A DNA stretch of 63,308 nucleotides, filler included, from Octopus bimaculoides (GCF_001194135.2; 6 parts of 6 records of this genome joined end to end with filler, not necessarily neighbours in it); one strand, 5' to 3'; positions 38,101-52,377 are shown, counted from the first letter of the whole stretch. Numbers and translations: made by a program. Notes: generated by a model not told the origin, from the letters alone.

Positions 38101-38384
38101 TATTCGATGTCTTTGGTACAGGGCGACACCAAGTGTTCAAATATCTGAATATAATTACAGCTAGCAGTCACTCGCGAGTGAATATGGCTTGGTAACGTAC
38201 CACGCCGTCGTTTGTTGTTTTCGGTGCCTAGGTAGTCACGAGCTTACCTAGATATCCTCTCAGCCCCTTCACCTATGACCCAAAGGAACAGAATTTAGAG
38301 AATGTGACTGCAGGAAGCAGACAGCAGTTGCTGCTCATTTTAGCAATATTGAATTATGTGTTTAGATCAAGATGAAAATGCGCC

Positions 38385-38460
38385 GAGCGATTCAGGAATT
38401 GAACCCACGATCTTATGATCATGAACCGAATACGTGAATCACTAAGCCAGGCGGTTCCAA
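38385..38460 (-). mobile_element. tRNA-derived SINE head only (type C/D-like)
   Basis: Reverse complement gcctggcttagtgattcacgtattcggttcatgatcataagatcgtgggttcaattcc. Confidence 0.6.
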
Positions 38461-39555
38461 ATACCTCGACGCTATGACAGAACTTGGCGCAAATATGTAG
38501 TGCTGAACAATCGTCCGCGATATTTCTTATGATATTTATTGTAACTAATCAGAATCGAAAATATAATGTCTATATATATAAAGTAAGCAAAGACACAAAC
38601 GTAGAAACCATTCTCGTTCTATGGAACACTACCGTAATGTCGTCGCGAATCTTCGATAAGATGAAAATGCGAAATTAGGAGATTGATTTCAAGTAACAAG
38701 TAAAAATACTCATGGAATTAGAAATTTTAAAAATAAAACACATTAGACACAGAAAATAGTTTTTCATCAAGATATGTTTCAAAGAAAAAAACCTGCTTTC
38801 ACTCTCTGTGAAAACACACACATGCACACAAACACACACACGCACACACACACATGCATATATATATACACCACATGTATCTTTATATGCATACGCATAT
38901 ACATATATATGTGTATGTATATATGTATATATATATGTATGTATGTATATGTATATATCTGCATTCTTAATGCTCAGTACACACAAGCTTCGATATGCGT
39001 ATGCGTATATATGCGTGTACGTATCGATTTATCATCATTCCGTGTTATACATGTGTGTGCATATTTGTGTGCGTGTACGATTTAAAAAAATTTATAGCAT
39101 CANNNNNNNNNNNNNNNNNNNNNNNNNNNNNNNNNNNNNNNNNNNNNNNNNNNNNNNNNNNNNNNNNNNNNNNNNNNNNNNNNNNNNNNNNNNNNNNNNN
39201 NNNNNNNNNNNNNNNNNNNNNNNNNNNNNNNNNNNNNNNNNNNNNNNNNNNNNNNNNNNNNNNNNNNNNNNNNNNNNNNNNNNNNNNNNNNNNNNNNNNN
39301 NNNNNNNNNNNNNNNNNNNNNNNNNNNNNNNNNNNNNNNNNNNNNNNNNNNNNNNNNNNNNNNNNNNNNNNNNNNNNNNNNNNNNNNNNNNNNNNNNNNN
39401 NNNNNNNNNNNNNNNNNNNNNNNNNNNNNNNNNNNATATGGGTGTGTGATGTGTGTAATACATATATGTATGTATGTGTGCGTATATATATATATATACG
39501 TACATATTTGTATTACGCATCACGCACATTTACACACACACACACACACACACAT

Positions 39556-39593
<38 letters not shown>

Positions 39594-39652
39594 GTATCTA
39601 TACTATATTTAGTTTAAACGTATATATATGTTGTACATATATTTTATATTTT

Positions 39653-39693
<41 letters not shown>

Positions 39694-40488
39694 CATACAT
39701 ACATACACATATATATGTAAATATAAATATATATATATATATGTATATATACATATGTATGCATATATATACACATGTCAATGTAAGTGTGTTTTGTGTG
39801 TGTAATATTTTTTGTACAACTGTTCATTTCTATATACGTGCATTGTATGTATATTGGAAAAAAAGAGAAAGATGGATGGATATTCTAATTGAGTTATCGT
39901 ATTGAATTAAGTTGAGATTGTTTTTGTCCACTGTATTCAGTGTCTTTACACTACCCCAAACACATGCACACAGACAGACAGACACACACACACACATGAA
40001 TACAAGCACACACACACATACACACGTTCACTAACAAAAATATTCACATACCGCACATAAAAACGCTGGCATATATGAATATATACGTGTTTGTGTACGT
40101 ACGTAAATGTGTGAATGTTTACTTCCTTCTGTTTGTGTACTTACGTGCTTCTCCATATGTGTGTATGAACGTGGGTTGTATACATGCAGGTGTTAGTTTT
40201 AGCAGCAATAAAAGCAGTTCCAAGATTGAAACATTTTGGACACGCTGTTTCGTAGTTCGAATCGTTTCTAAACTGAATAAGACGAGTGCAGCATAGGGTT
40301 CAATGGAATATTAATGTGTCTATCCGACTCAGTTTAATGACACTAATGATAGGATAATAGACTGGAGCGTGAATCCTGTCACATCTTTTCTCCATGATCT
40401 GTCATGTGAGAGTATGGTATTTTTTGAAAGAGGTCTTTCAAATTACTTAATTTGTCTATTATCAACCACACACATACGCACAGACAGA

Positions 40489-40554
<66 letters not shown>

Positions 40555-41049
40555 GTCACTCATATATACACATACATACACACATATATATTTCTAAATT
40601 TATGTCTCTATCAATCTTTGACTCTTCCGATTTTCAACCCCTATTGGGGTCTCATCAAGAATGTACATGTCACTTGACCAATCACAGAGAAACAAGTAGA
40701 CGATCCGTTTGTATACACACCAAGCCTAGGAAATCCGGAGAACTAGAGCTACTAATTCACATATTATAAGTATTTGGTATGTTTTATATCCTTGTATGTT
40801 GGAAACATAATTTAACGAAGCAGGGGGTGGGGAAGAACGCATTTATACGACGCTATATGATCACTGTTACACGAGACTCACCGCCTTCAGTCACAGCTCA
40901 CAGAGAACTGCTTACCAACACGATTATTCTTTATTTGGCACTACGGCCATAACACAGAGGGGGCAGCACAAGGACAGACAAAACACCACCGTGGGTACAA
41001 AAGCATAAAACGAATGAAATATGAAAGATATATGTAAAAATAATTTTTA

Positions 41050-42391
41050 AAAATGATGAAATGGCTGCATGAGCCCCACTCTCAAGCAGTACTATTTAAC
41101 AGTTAAATCATACAATTTTAAAAAGTTTTTCTTTTTTCTCTCTCGTTTTTTTCCTTTTAGCATCCTTTTTTTCCTTTTAGCATCCTTTTTTAAAAGTTTA
41201 TTTTTTTTCTTTTTTAATATATTTCTTTTTGACAGTTCATCAAAGGTTTCACATCCTCGTACTCCACGACTAATGGTAAATCGTCGAATTCTATCTCAAC
41301 GCTTAAAGAGTCTATATTGCTTCCGAACAGTTCTTTTAGTTTACTATGTCTTTCTTTATCGTTTATCATTCCTTTGATGCGTTCTGGATATTTCTCTGGT
41401 GGCAACTTAACCCTTATGACAGATTTGTATTTTGTGATTTTCCGTTCGATTGCAGTACTTTTGACGTATGTGACCATATACCACTTGTTCTTTCTCTTTT
41501 TTTTTTACATTTGTTTGTTTCAGCGACGGACCTGGGTTGTCCGAGCGAGTCATTCCACTTGGTTCCTCTGTTGATGCGCTAAAAAAATCCTCAAAGTCTG
41601 TCCTCCTCTACGTGTTGCAATGCTGTTTCTGCTTCCGCGTTACTGTCTATTTATTGTTGGTACTGCTGGTGCATCGAACCACCTCCTTGTCTCCTCCATC
41701 TCTATCTTCTTCATCCTTTTCTGGCTCTCTGGTGGAGAGCTCACACGCTCTTTCCTTTTCCTCCTATTCACGACAGTGAATGATTCTCCTATGTCTTTCT
41801 CCCATTCCGGCACCGCCACTTTGGCACTCTGTCCTTCACACTGTTGCTTCTTCTCCTCCTCTTTTTCTTTCTGAGGGCACCTTGCTTTCATGTGCCCCTT
41901 TTGACCGCATAATAAACATGTTGGTGGTCTGCCTTCCACCACCACTCTTAGCCTAACGTCTTCCGTTAGAATAATCTCCTCTGTGATCTCGTGCAAGTCT
42001 TTAAGTCTCACTTGTATGGCCATCTCGAGGCCATACCCCACCCAATTAACCTTTTTGGTTCTAGTAATCTTCAAGATTTTAGCTTCATCTTGCATTCTGT
42101 GCATGATCACTGCCACCAGCCATACTCCGTTAATCTCGGGGGGTACTCTGCCGATTCTTTCTCTGGTGACACGTTTGCCACAGTAAGTCGGCAGAAGTAC
42201 CCATTCCTGTGTCCTTATCGGCACAGTGGAGTGGTTTATTGGGTCCTCTTCGTTGGACGATGGAAAAATAATTATGAACGCAAGGAGAACGAGCCTTGAG
42301 TGGAGACAGGCCAGGCACGTCTTTTCTTTAGGAAGTAAATGGATAGAAAGACAGATCCCCTTTCGTCACGTGTCAGCGACGAGATAGTCAT
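41050..42391 (-). mobile_element. ORF1-only (Gag-like, CCHC zinc knuckle) non-LTR retroelement derivative
   Basis: Disrupted reading frame from ATG 42391 to stop 41214, including LLPTYCGKRVTRERIGRVPPEI..VVVEGRPPTCLLCGQKGHMKARC (CX2CX4HX4C), an acidic/basic linker and the C-terminal block MVTYVK..CQKEIY*; followed directly by an A-rich 3' region, with no endonuclease or RT motifs. Confidence 0.7.
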
Positions 42392-42634
42392 GGAAGAAGA
42401 GTAAGAGAGAGAGAGAGAGGGAACGGTGAAGGGGAGAGGAGAAGACTAGGAAAAGGATGGGAGAGAAAAGCAGAAAGGATGAAGAACAAGAGAGGGAGAA
42501 AGATAGACAGAAAAGAGATAGTAGAGATAGAAGAAGAGTGCGCTACGTAGTTATTAAGACAAAACGTACTTGGAAAAGGATGCGTGGCGTTCGATCATAT
42601 AATAATATAAATAATATATAAATATATGCATATA

Positions 42635-42682
<48 letters not shown>

Positions 42683-42839
42683 NNNNNNNNNNNNNNNNNN
42701 NNNNNNNNNNNNNNNNNNNNNNNNNNNNNNNNNNNNNNNNNNNNNNNNNNNNNNNNNNNNNNNNNNNNNNNNNNNNNNNNNNNNNNNNNNNNNNNNNNNN
42801 NNNNNNNNNNNNNNNNNNNNNNATATATGTATGTATGTA

Positions 42840-42884
<45 letters not shown>

Positions 42885-43451
42885 ATATATATCTACCAGA
42901 TTTTCTTTGGGAATGAAAATCGCCTTGTGAGTGCGTACGTTCATCTCTCTCCTCTTTTCCTCTTTTCCTCTTTCCCTCACTCATCCACTCTTTATGTACC
43001 TTGCTTTATCTCTACGTCTCTAAGAAATCTATATGCCTGCGTTCTGTTTGTGTGTATATGTACAAGTATACGTATCTACACACACACACATACATAATAC
43101 ATACATACATTCATACATATTCACATCCATATGCACATACATATTGACATAGATACAAGCTTATCTGTCGCCTTCCAATTTGAGTGTGTACCTAAGTATG
43201 CTATAGTACACAGTATGTTTGAATCATCAAACGGCTCCAGCTTCCCCTCCCACTATTCAGTCAATTCCTTTCAAATTGTCTAGCATCTGTATTTCGTTAA
43301 TGATTTCTGGCTCTGTACATATTTTTTTCTCTCTTTCCTTCTCGTTTACTTTTCTTTTCCAACGAAGCTGTAGGCCTCTAATTACTGGTAACCATTGCCG
43401 CTGATCATCTACTTTTATGATACATATCTTTCATGCAGCCATATGCTACTG

Positions 43452-43482
<31 letters not shown>

Positions 43483-44647
43483 NNNNNNNNNNNNNNNNNN
43501 NNNNNNNNNNNNNNNNNNNNNNNNNNNNNNNNNNNNNNNNNNNNNNNNNNNNNNNNNNNNNNNNNNNNNNNNNNNNNNNNNNNNNNNNNNNNNNNNNNNN
43601 NNNNNNNNNNNNNNNNNNNNNNNNNNNNNNNNNNNNNNNNNNNNNNNNNNNNNNNNNNNNNNNNNNNNNNNNNNNNNNNNNNNNNNNNNNNNNNNNNNNN
43701 NNNNNNNNNNNNNNNNNNNNNNNNNNNNNNNNNNNNNNNNNNNNNNNNNNNNNNNNNNNNNNNNNNNNNNNNNNNNNNNNNNNNNNNNNNNNNNNNNNNN
43801 NNNNNNNNNNNNNNNNNNNNNNNNNNNNNNNNNNNNNNNNNNNNNNNNNNNNNNNNNNNNNNNNNNNNNNNNNNNNNNNNNNNNNNNNNNNNNNNTATGC
43901 AGCTACGTATGTAAGAGCATTTATGTGTATATGTATCTGTCTGGTTGTCCGAGTCTCTCTCTGTTTATACACACACGTACACACACACATACACACACAC
44001 GCACACACACATATATACATACATCGTATGTACCTGTGTGCATGCATGTGTAATTGGTTTTCCGTCGGCGCCAGTCGTAGTATTTAGTTGTTCAATAAGC
44101 CGGACTATATGCTACTTGAGGTAGCTCGTATGTTGACGGGTATTCGACAGAGAATTTTCAGACGAGACTCGCTTGATGCATTGTGATGAGGTCATATCTT
44201 TGAAATACAGGCATTAACTCCCAGAAAGATTGTATACAGTTTCATCTACCTCATTTCATGTGCAAGGCTACATTCCCATGATGCCACGCTGAGAGATCGA
44301 AACCGGATCCTTTTGAGAACCACATACATTGTGTGTAGTCTCTCTCTTGTTATTTTGGACAATGGAATTTCTGCAGGTCTGGGTTGCATTTCCCTGTTGT
44401 GATTACAGCCTGTGGTTATTCACTCCATGCTCAACATGCAACTATAGTTAACTTTCATGTTTTTGCAGTTAAATGGCTTAGAACATTTGTGTCTGTGCGA
44501 AAATGTTTAAGAAATAAATTTCGGACATTCTTTGCCAATTCACATTTAGGCTGTATTGGGATTAGAGACAGATTACAGTCCGTTTACAACTTTTAAGGAT
44601 TTTAATCTCGTTAAGTCGTTCTGGTTTGGTACATATATAATACTCCA

Positions 44648-44812
44648 ATTTTTTTTCTCCGTGTTTTTCTCCTTGTTTTTCTCCTTATTCTTTCTGTTGA
44701 AGAGCGTAGCTCGAAACGTTAAAGACTTTCTCTATTTCCGAGCGTTAAACTAATACATCCTTTTGTTGTTTACACCACTTGTCCTCGTCTGTTTTTTTCG
44801 TAAATTCTCCCA
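44648..44812 (+). mobile_element. Short non-coding repeat family P2 carrying a variant hammerhead (copy 1)
   Basis: Colinear with the reverse complement of 63019-63185 and with 62830-62998. Confidence 0.8.
44689..44725 (+). ncRNA. Minimal hammerhead-like motif with variant core (family P2)
   Basis: tcttt-CTGTTGA-a-gagc gta gctc-GAAA-cgt-t-aaaga: stem I 5 bp, stem II 4 bp, palindromic stem III ACGT, triplet GTT. Confidence 0.6.
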
Positions 44813-46505
44813 TACATATATACTTATATGCATACGATTCATGTGCATGCATATGTTCATGAAAGCTTCCATGTATTAATGTATACATTAATAGATATGT
44901 CAGAAAGTTTCATAATGACAATAACAGGCTTTAATGAAGGAGTGAATCGGAGGTCAATTGGACTGGTGGCGCGGAGAGAACGCCTAGTTGCCGCATGTGA
45001 TAATGACGACTGTTTGAGTGAGTGATTGCCATGCGCAAGCGCGAAGACTGGTCTGATACTACTACGGCAGTACCACGCCATTGTGGTACTCGTAGCAGCA
45101 ATGAGGAGGAGACAGAATCGAGAAATGCAGGAAGCCATCTAGAACAAAAGAAAGAAGGGCGGCAACAATAAGAGCCCAAACAAGTTGCGAGACAAAAGCA
45201 AACTGCTTATTCAAACACAGCCAGTATTTTCGACAGGTCTCTTGAAACAGGTCTCACTGAGACGTGGGTGATTTTCCGAACTATATCGAGTTGAAGATAT
45301 CTGATAGACACATCGGGCATGCCCAAGCAAAAATTCTATTCTCTTAGCAAAGAAAAATACGAAGTCTTTCTACTACGTGCTGGCTATGGTGAAAGACATT
45401 ACATGATAATCGCAATTGAAAGGATTTGAGGATGTTTTTTTTTCTCTCTCGGATCAACACTCCCTCATCAAATTCCTCAAGAAGCACTGAGGTTAGAGTA
45501 AGAGAGAGAAGAGAGAAGGAGATATGATGCTCTCCAGTAAATTTTATGAAAGGCGCATGAGCGTACAAAAATCAGTTTTGCCAAATGGGCCGTCAGAGGC
45601 TCTGTAGCAGGAGACCAGTGCCATGAAGTGGTAAGAACACGTGGTCTGTGTATTTGCAGTAATATTTCTGGTAAGGTGGTTGTGATAGTGCTGTGTGTTG
45701 CGGTTACAGTAGGGTTACTGGTCGGGTGATAATGGGAGAAGTTAATGCTGTAGGTCAGATAGGCCACAGCTTGTGATGGTTTATTGGTAGTAGTGGTAGT
45801 GGTAGTGGTAGTGGTAGTGGTGGCGAATAATGATGTTAGCGATATTGGTGGAACTAGTGGTGTTAGTGAAATGGTGCTGGTTTGAATACTTATGATGATA
45901 TTGACAGCAACGTCGGTCGTGGTAGTGGACTCACTAATTGTGATAGTAGTCGCGAGAGTGGCACGGGTGAGATGGTGGGGGGTAATGGTGGTGCTTGTTT
46001 TATTTTGTATTGGTGGTCATGGTTGCGGTGGCAGTAGTGGCGCTGATGTTGATATTTCTGGTACAAGANNNNNNNNNNNNNNNNNNNNNNNNNNNNNNNN
46101 NNNNNNNNNNNNNNNNNNNNNNNNNNNNNNNNNNNNNNNNNNNNNNNNNNNNNNNNNNNNNNNNNNNNNNNNNNNNNNNNNNNNNNNNNNNNNNNNNNNN
46201 NNNNNNNNNNNNNNNNNNNNNNNNNNNNNNNNNNNNNNNNNNNNNNNNNNNNNNNNNNNNNNNNNNNNNNNNNNNNNNNNNNNNNNNNNNNNNNNNNNNN
46301 NNNNNNNNNNNNNNNNNNNNNNNNNNNNNNNNNNNNNNNNNNNNNNNNNNNNNNNNNNNNNNNNNNNNNNNNNNNNNNNNNNNNNNNNNNNNNNNNNNNN
46401 NNNNNNNNNNNNNNNNNNNNNNNNNNNNNNNNNNNNNNNNNNNNNNNNNNNNNNNNNNNNNNNNNNNNNNNNNNNNNNNNNNNNNNNNNNNNNNNNNNNN
46501 NNNNN

Positions 46506-46752
46506 GGTAATGGTTGCTGCTGTTGATGATTATGATGATGATGATGACGACGACGACTACGATGATGATGATGATGATGACGACGACAACGATGACGACG
46601 ATGACGATGATGATGACGACAACGATGTTGGCGAGGATGATGATAAGTAATGGCAGCAGTAACACTGACCGATAGACTATATAACCGGCATTAGAGTATG
46701 CTACAGCTGAATGTACTGACGAAAATGATGACGACAACGACGATGATGATGT

Positions 46753-46783
<31 letters not shown>

Positions 46784-47111
46784 GATGATGANNNNNNNNN
46801 NGCAGCAGTAGTAGGTATTGTTGTTGATGATGATGACGGTGGTGGTGGTGGTGGTGGTGGTGGTGGTAATGGTTGCTGCTGTTGATGATTATGATGATGA
46901 TGATGACGACGACGACTACGATGATGATGATGATGATGACGACGACAACGATGACGACGATGACGATGATGATGACGACAACGATGTTGGCGAGGATGAT
47001 GATAAGTAATGGCAGCAGTAACACTGACCGATAGACTATATAACCGGCATTAGAGTATGCTACAGCTGAATGTACTGACGAAAATGATGACGACAACGAC
47101 GATGATGATGT

Positions 47112-47140
<29 letters not shown>
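46506..47140. other. ~285-bp duplication across a 10-N gap in a (GAT/GAC)n tract (probable assembly artefact)
   Basis: 46506-46790 repeats at about 46864-47145. Confidence 0.85.
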
Positions 47141-47142
<2 letters not shown>

Positions 47143-47184
47143 GATGATGATGACGACGACGACGACGGCGAAGACGAGAACAAC

Positions 47185-47234
<50 letters not shown>

Positions 47235-47601
47235 CTGTGATGGTCGTGCCATGTCGGTTCTGCTAGCGGAGGAAACATTATTGCCCGTTGTATTCTGTAG
47301 AATATAGTACTTGGCACCAATGTTCTCTCCATTACCACAGAAATGCGATTTGTTCTTTTGTCCAATAAAATGGTAAAAATGTAAAAATAGGGATCTTTAT
47401 CAAATTATTGCTTGCCAATGGACATTAGTCAGTCGCTAGGATTTTTCAAGTCAATGATTTGTGAACGAGGAGGGGAAAAGTAAGTTTTGGAATTATGATA
47501 ATGGTGTCATCAGCGTTGTGGTATTTCCTTATCATTACGCAATTGTCTATCTATCTATCTATCTATCCATCTATCTATCTATCTATATCAATTTTTCTAT
47601 C

Positions 47602-47644
<43 letters not shown>

Positions 47645-47756
47645 ATATATCTATCTGTATGTCTATCTGTCTGTCTGTCTGTCTGTTTATCTATCGATAT
47701 ATCATTCACTCTCTATAAACCTCCATATCTATACACATGCACACACGTATATATTT

Positions 47757-47960
47757 AGAGTAACTTCCCTTTTATTCAATGTTTCTTTTTTTTCATAGCG
47801 TCTGTTGCCCTTAATAGCCTACGAGAATGCATCGTAGCTCTTCCCTCCGACATTCGAAACTCCGAGTACTATAATGACAACCTATTACTGTTTGTTCTAA
47901 ATTATGACATATATAAATTATCCTCTATTTATCTAATATCGAGGTCTCATTCTTTTGTTA
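47757..47960 (+). mobile_element. Repeat family P1, copy 2
   Basis: Homologous to 28390-28612. Confidence 0.75.
47811..47874 (+). ncRNA. Type I hammerhead motif, family P1 (core damaged)
   Basis: Stem I taatag/ctataa, core CCTACGA (eroded), stem II gaatg/cattc, GAAA, stem III ctccgag, triplet GTA. Confidence 0.6.
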
Positions 47961-48202
47961 CTTTATATATATATATATAATACAAAGAATATAGAATATA
48001 TATGCATGTATACACACATATATGTACATACTTACATCTACATGTGTATATAGATGTATATCAGGGTACAGGACGTTAGAACTATGAACTACAGACCACG
48101 GAACGAACACATAGGAAAACAGATAGCCACTTTGAATTAATCCTTCGTCAGCTGCCTCTATTCTAACTAGACGTATATATATATATATATATATATATAG
48201 CA

Positions 48203-48462
48203 TGTGATGGGTAAATTACTCCCAGTTTATATATTTTAATTTCGTGCATGAGTATTGTTTGTTTTTGGTTTTGTCTACCAGTGTAGGAGAAGCAGTTGGA
48301 TACCGTCTGTGAAAAAAGCAGAACCATGACGCAATTCACTCTGTCAGAAATTCGGAAACGACATACTGTACTGCTTGGCATTCGCGCTGGAAGTCCCAAT
48401 ACGTACATTTCAGAGTGTTCAGGTGTCATTTCAGAGTGCCTGGAGACAGTGCAGAGGATTCA
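48203..48462 (+). mobile_element. DD37D (maT) element, 5' fragment
   Basis: gatgggtaaattactcc..ttaatttcgtgcatg then MTQFTLSEIRKRHTVLLGIRAGSPNTYISEC, matching 17383 and 24994 copies. Confidence 0.85.
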
Positions 48463-48924
48463 CTCACAAGGCATAGAGACGCTGTGTAGTGAGACTGAAC
48501 ACGAAACCACGTTGATGCAAAGTGATATTCTTAGCTTCACAGCTGAATCCGGGTTAATCTGTCAATATTTTGACCAGATTATCTCTATTTATGCTCATAG
48601 AGATCGCTGAGAGTAATTTCTGCGTGGGCCTATAGTTAACTCGTTAAATATAGATTTAAGCCTATGCAAAATAAATAATCCGCATAGATCGCAAGTTTGT
48701 GTCTCATCAAAGACATCCATCGAAATGGATCATTGGTATCTGTTGGGAATCGGTGATATTCTGCCGAGCAAGAACATATCGACATCTCTATCTTTAATAT
48801 CACAATGCGTAATATAAACTCCAATCCCTAGTGAGTTGAAGCTTCGAAAGGTACAGATATATTTGGGCAATATCAAACTGGGAGAATTTAAATATATTTG
48901 TGTCGTTAATACTACTTTATCGGT

Positions 48925-49147
48925 TAAGCCTGCGGGCAGGTAGTAGCGTTAGCACGCTGGGTAAAATGCTTAGAAGCATCTCGCCCGTTTTTACATTCTG
49001 AGTTTAAAATTTACCGAGGTCGATTTTACCTTTCATCCCTTCGGAGTAGATAAAATAAATACCAGTGAGCACTAGAGTCGATCTAACCGACTTACCTACT
49101 CCCCCGAACTTGCTGGCCCGGTGCCAAAATAATTTGAAACCATTATT
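48925..49147 (+). mobile_element. SINE type A, diverged full-length copy
   Basis: cgttagcacgctgggtaaaatgctta..ttctgagttt..accgaggtcgattttacctttcatccc..gtgccaaaa..tttgaaacc. Confidence 0.8.
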
Positions 49148-50502
49148 TCTAAATTACGTATTTCTAAGTCATGTATTGCATTGGGGGTAATTCCATAGTT
49201 GTAATCTGGTGTTATTTCAAATTTCTGAAAGCGGTTTAGTTTATGTTATCAGGTATTTTCAAGCTCATAGCTGGGTATATTAGTCTGTATGTTAGCTTTG
49301 TAGCGTTTGTAGTGTTTGTTTAAGCACTCCATATTCCTTTCTTGGTAGCAAATTGTTAGAATCGTTATAACAGTAGCTTGTACCTCTTGCGGTATTCGTC
49401 CCGTTTCTAAAACCTTGAATATGTAAACCTGAAAACAATCTACAAAAAAGCAACATAATTCGTGAATACGATTGTAATAGGGAGAACTGTAAAATTTATA
49501 TTTCTAACTGTTATATCCATACGTGTACAACATTCTCTCGTGGGCTCACTATGCATCTACAATAAGAAACATATGCAACATACTACCCCAAACACCATAA
49601 AACAATGATATATAGAAAACATAATGAGCATACCCTCCATTCATACTATATTGAATTCCCAACAAAACAGACGATTAATTATAAAAATAATATCTATATC
49701 ACAGCGCAAAACTGAAAGAAATATTATGGGGCGGTCATATTAAGCTGTGATGTGTATGAATACAAAGCTGTTATCTGTTTAAATATGCTTCGGCCAAAAC
49801 ACGTGCCTGGCGACGTGGAAATCTAACAGTAAAATTCTGGTGGTAAAATTTACATAAATTAAAGCAGCTTATATCAGAGAGGAAGTAAAGCTAATATCCT
49901 GCTAATGAGGCTTAGATAGTCTGGAAACATCTATAAAAATGGATGTAAGAACTTTATTATTTCAAGCACACTGCAATTGGATTATATGCTAATACGGGAA
50001 AACCCTATTAAAAGAGAGATTTAACATGAACGTAGCTGTGATTTTAATATAATATCTAAAAGTGGTTCTCCACATATATAAATAGATAGATGGATAACTA
50101 CCTAACTAGCTAGATAGATAGGTAGATAGGTAGATAGGTAGATAGATACATACATAGGTACATGCGCACATATACATGTACGCAAATATATATATATTTG
50201 TACATATGTGTGCGTGTGTATGTATAATGTTACATGATAAATATCACTCACAAAACTCGAAGTAGTAATGGAGAGTAATTACAGCACTGCAACAACAATA
50301 ACAAAAGAAACAACGCTCTCTCCTTAAAAAATATGAGTAAGAATTTTGCATTGAGTATTTTTCTTTCCGAATTCAAATGTACACAGCACATCACACACAC
50401 ACACGCACACACACACACATATATAGATATACATATATATACAAATGTATATATATATATATATACATATACAAACATATAAATGCAAATATATACATAT
50501 AT

Positions 50503-50551
<49 letters not shown>

Positions 50552-50689
50552 CACATATATATACACACATGCATATATGCTAACATTCATAAATACAGGC
50601 ATATAACATTGGTGCACATGTAAAAAAATATGTATAAATGCTAAAATATATTTATATGTTTCATGTACACACATACATGCACACACACA

Positions 50690-50756
<67 letters not shown>

Positions 50757-52008
50757 GCACACACATACACATACCCATGCACACACATCATATAAGAAGA
50801 GTTTACATAATTTTCTGTGTATGCACTTTCATAAATGATTTCTATTCATTTTCTACATTGTATTTTTTTTTTATTTTATATCCCACAATTCCGTCTAATT
50901 TATTATTATCATTATTAATTTTTTTCTTCCATTTAAATACATAATAAAATAATAACACAGAAAATATTCAGAAAGTATCTCTCAATGTACATTAGAATTT
51001 TCAAAGAGTAGGTTACCTCTCGGAAATCGTAGTTTTTTTAAATTTTATTTTATTTTATTTTATATTTCTTAATTTCCTTTACAATTGCCTGTATATTTGC
51101 AAAACTTACATGTCATTATTAGCTTTAATTTCACTAGATATGTCATAATATTTCATTTTCAGAGTTGCAATGATTATGACGATGACGCCTACGATGGTGA
51201 TGTTGATGATAATAACTCTGATGATGATGGTTATTGTTTCTGATATTATTATTACAGCCGTTGTTGTTGTTATAGCTATTATTGTTATTTTTATTATCAT
51301 CATTATTATTAATTTGCCCTGTACTTATAGCGTTTAACTAGACATTAGTTACATAAAACTTAATTAAATTATTTCCTTTTTGTTAAAAAAAAAAAAAATA
51401 AAAACAAAGAAACTAAAAAAATTTTTAAAAATTTACTTTAATGTAAGGCAGCCATTTTTACATATGCATTCTTCTTTGTTGTGATGGTTATTTTTATTTA
51501 TTACATATNNNNNNNNNNNNNNNNNNNNNNNNNNNNNNNNNNNNNNNNNNNNNNNNNNNNNNNNNNNNNNNNNNNNNNNNNNNNNNNNNNNNNNNNNNNN
51601 NNNNNNNNNNNNNNNNNNNNNNNNNNNNNNNNNNNNNNNNNNNNNNNNNNNNNNNNNNNNNNNNNNNNNNNNNNNNNNNNNNNNNNNNNNNNNNNNNNNN
51701 NNNNNNNNNNNNNNNNNNNNNNNNNNNNNNNNNNNNNNNNNNNNNNNNNNNNNNNNNNNNNNNNNNNNNNNNNNNNNNNNNNNNNNNNNNNNNNNNNNNN
51801 NNNNNNNNNNNNNNNNNNNNNNNNNNNNNNNNNNNNNNNNNNNNNNNNNNNNNNNNNNNNNNNNNNNNNNNNNNNNNNNNNNNNNNNNNNNNNNNNNNNN
51901 NNNNNNNNNNNNNNNNNNNNNNNNNNNNNNNNNNNNNNNNNNNNNNNNNNNNNNNNNNNNNNNNNNNNNNNNNNNNNNNNNNNNNNNNNNNNNNNNNNNN
52001 NNNNNNNN

Positions 52009-52061
<53 letters not shown>

Positions 52062-52329
52062 AAATGTATGTATAAATACGTAGATATATAAAAATATATA
52101 TGTGTGTGTGTGTACAGGTAGCTAAATTGCAAGCTAGGTTGATAAATAGCTAGATTGAGTCTGTGTGTGTATGTATGTATGCATATATATATTATATGTA
52201 TGCATGTACATATAGGTGTATATATGTGTGTATATATATATATATACATATATATACATATGTATATATGTATGTGCGTATATATATTATACATATATAT
52301 ATACATATACGTATATATATACATATACG

Positions 52330-52377
<48 letters not shown>

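Noticed and set aside
38168-38181. 14-bp palindrome tcactcgcgagtga
   Set aside because: Single short palindrome, compatible with chance in 63 kb.
44900-45180. GC-richer stretch as possible LINE 3' end
   Set aside because: No translatable motif I can assign with confidence.
48115-48160. Minus-strand cag-ctgacga-aggattaattcaaa
   Set aside because: Has CTGACGA but no GAAA box or usable stems; at most a very old remnant.
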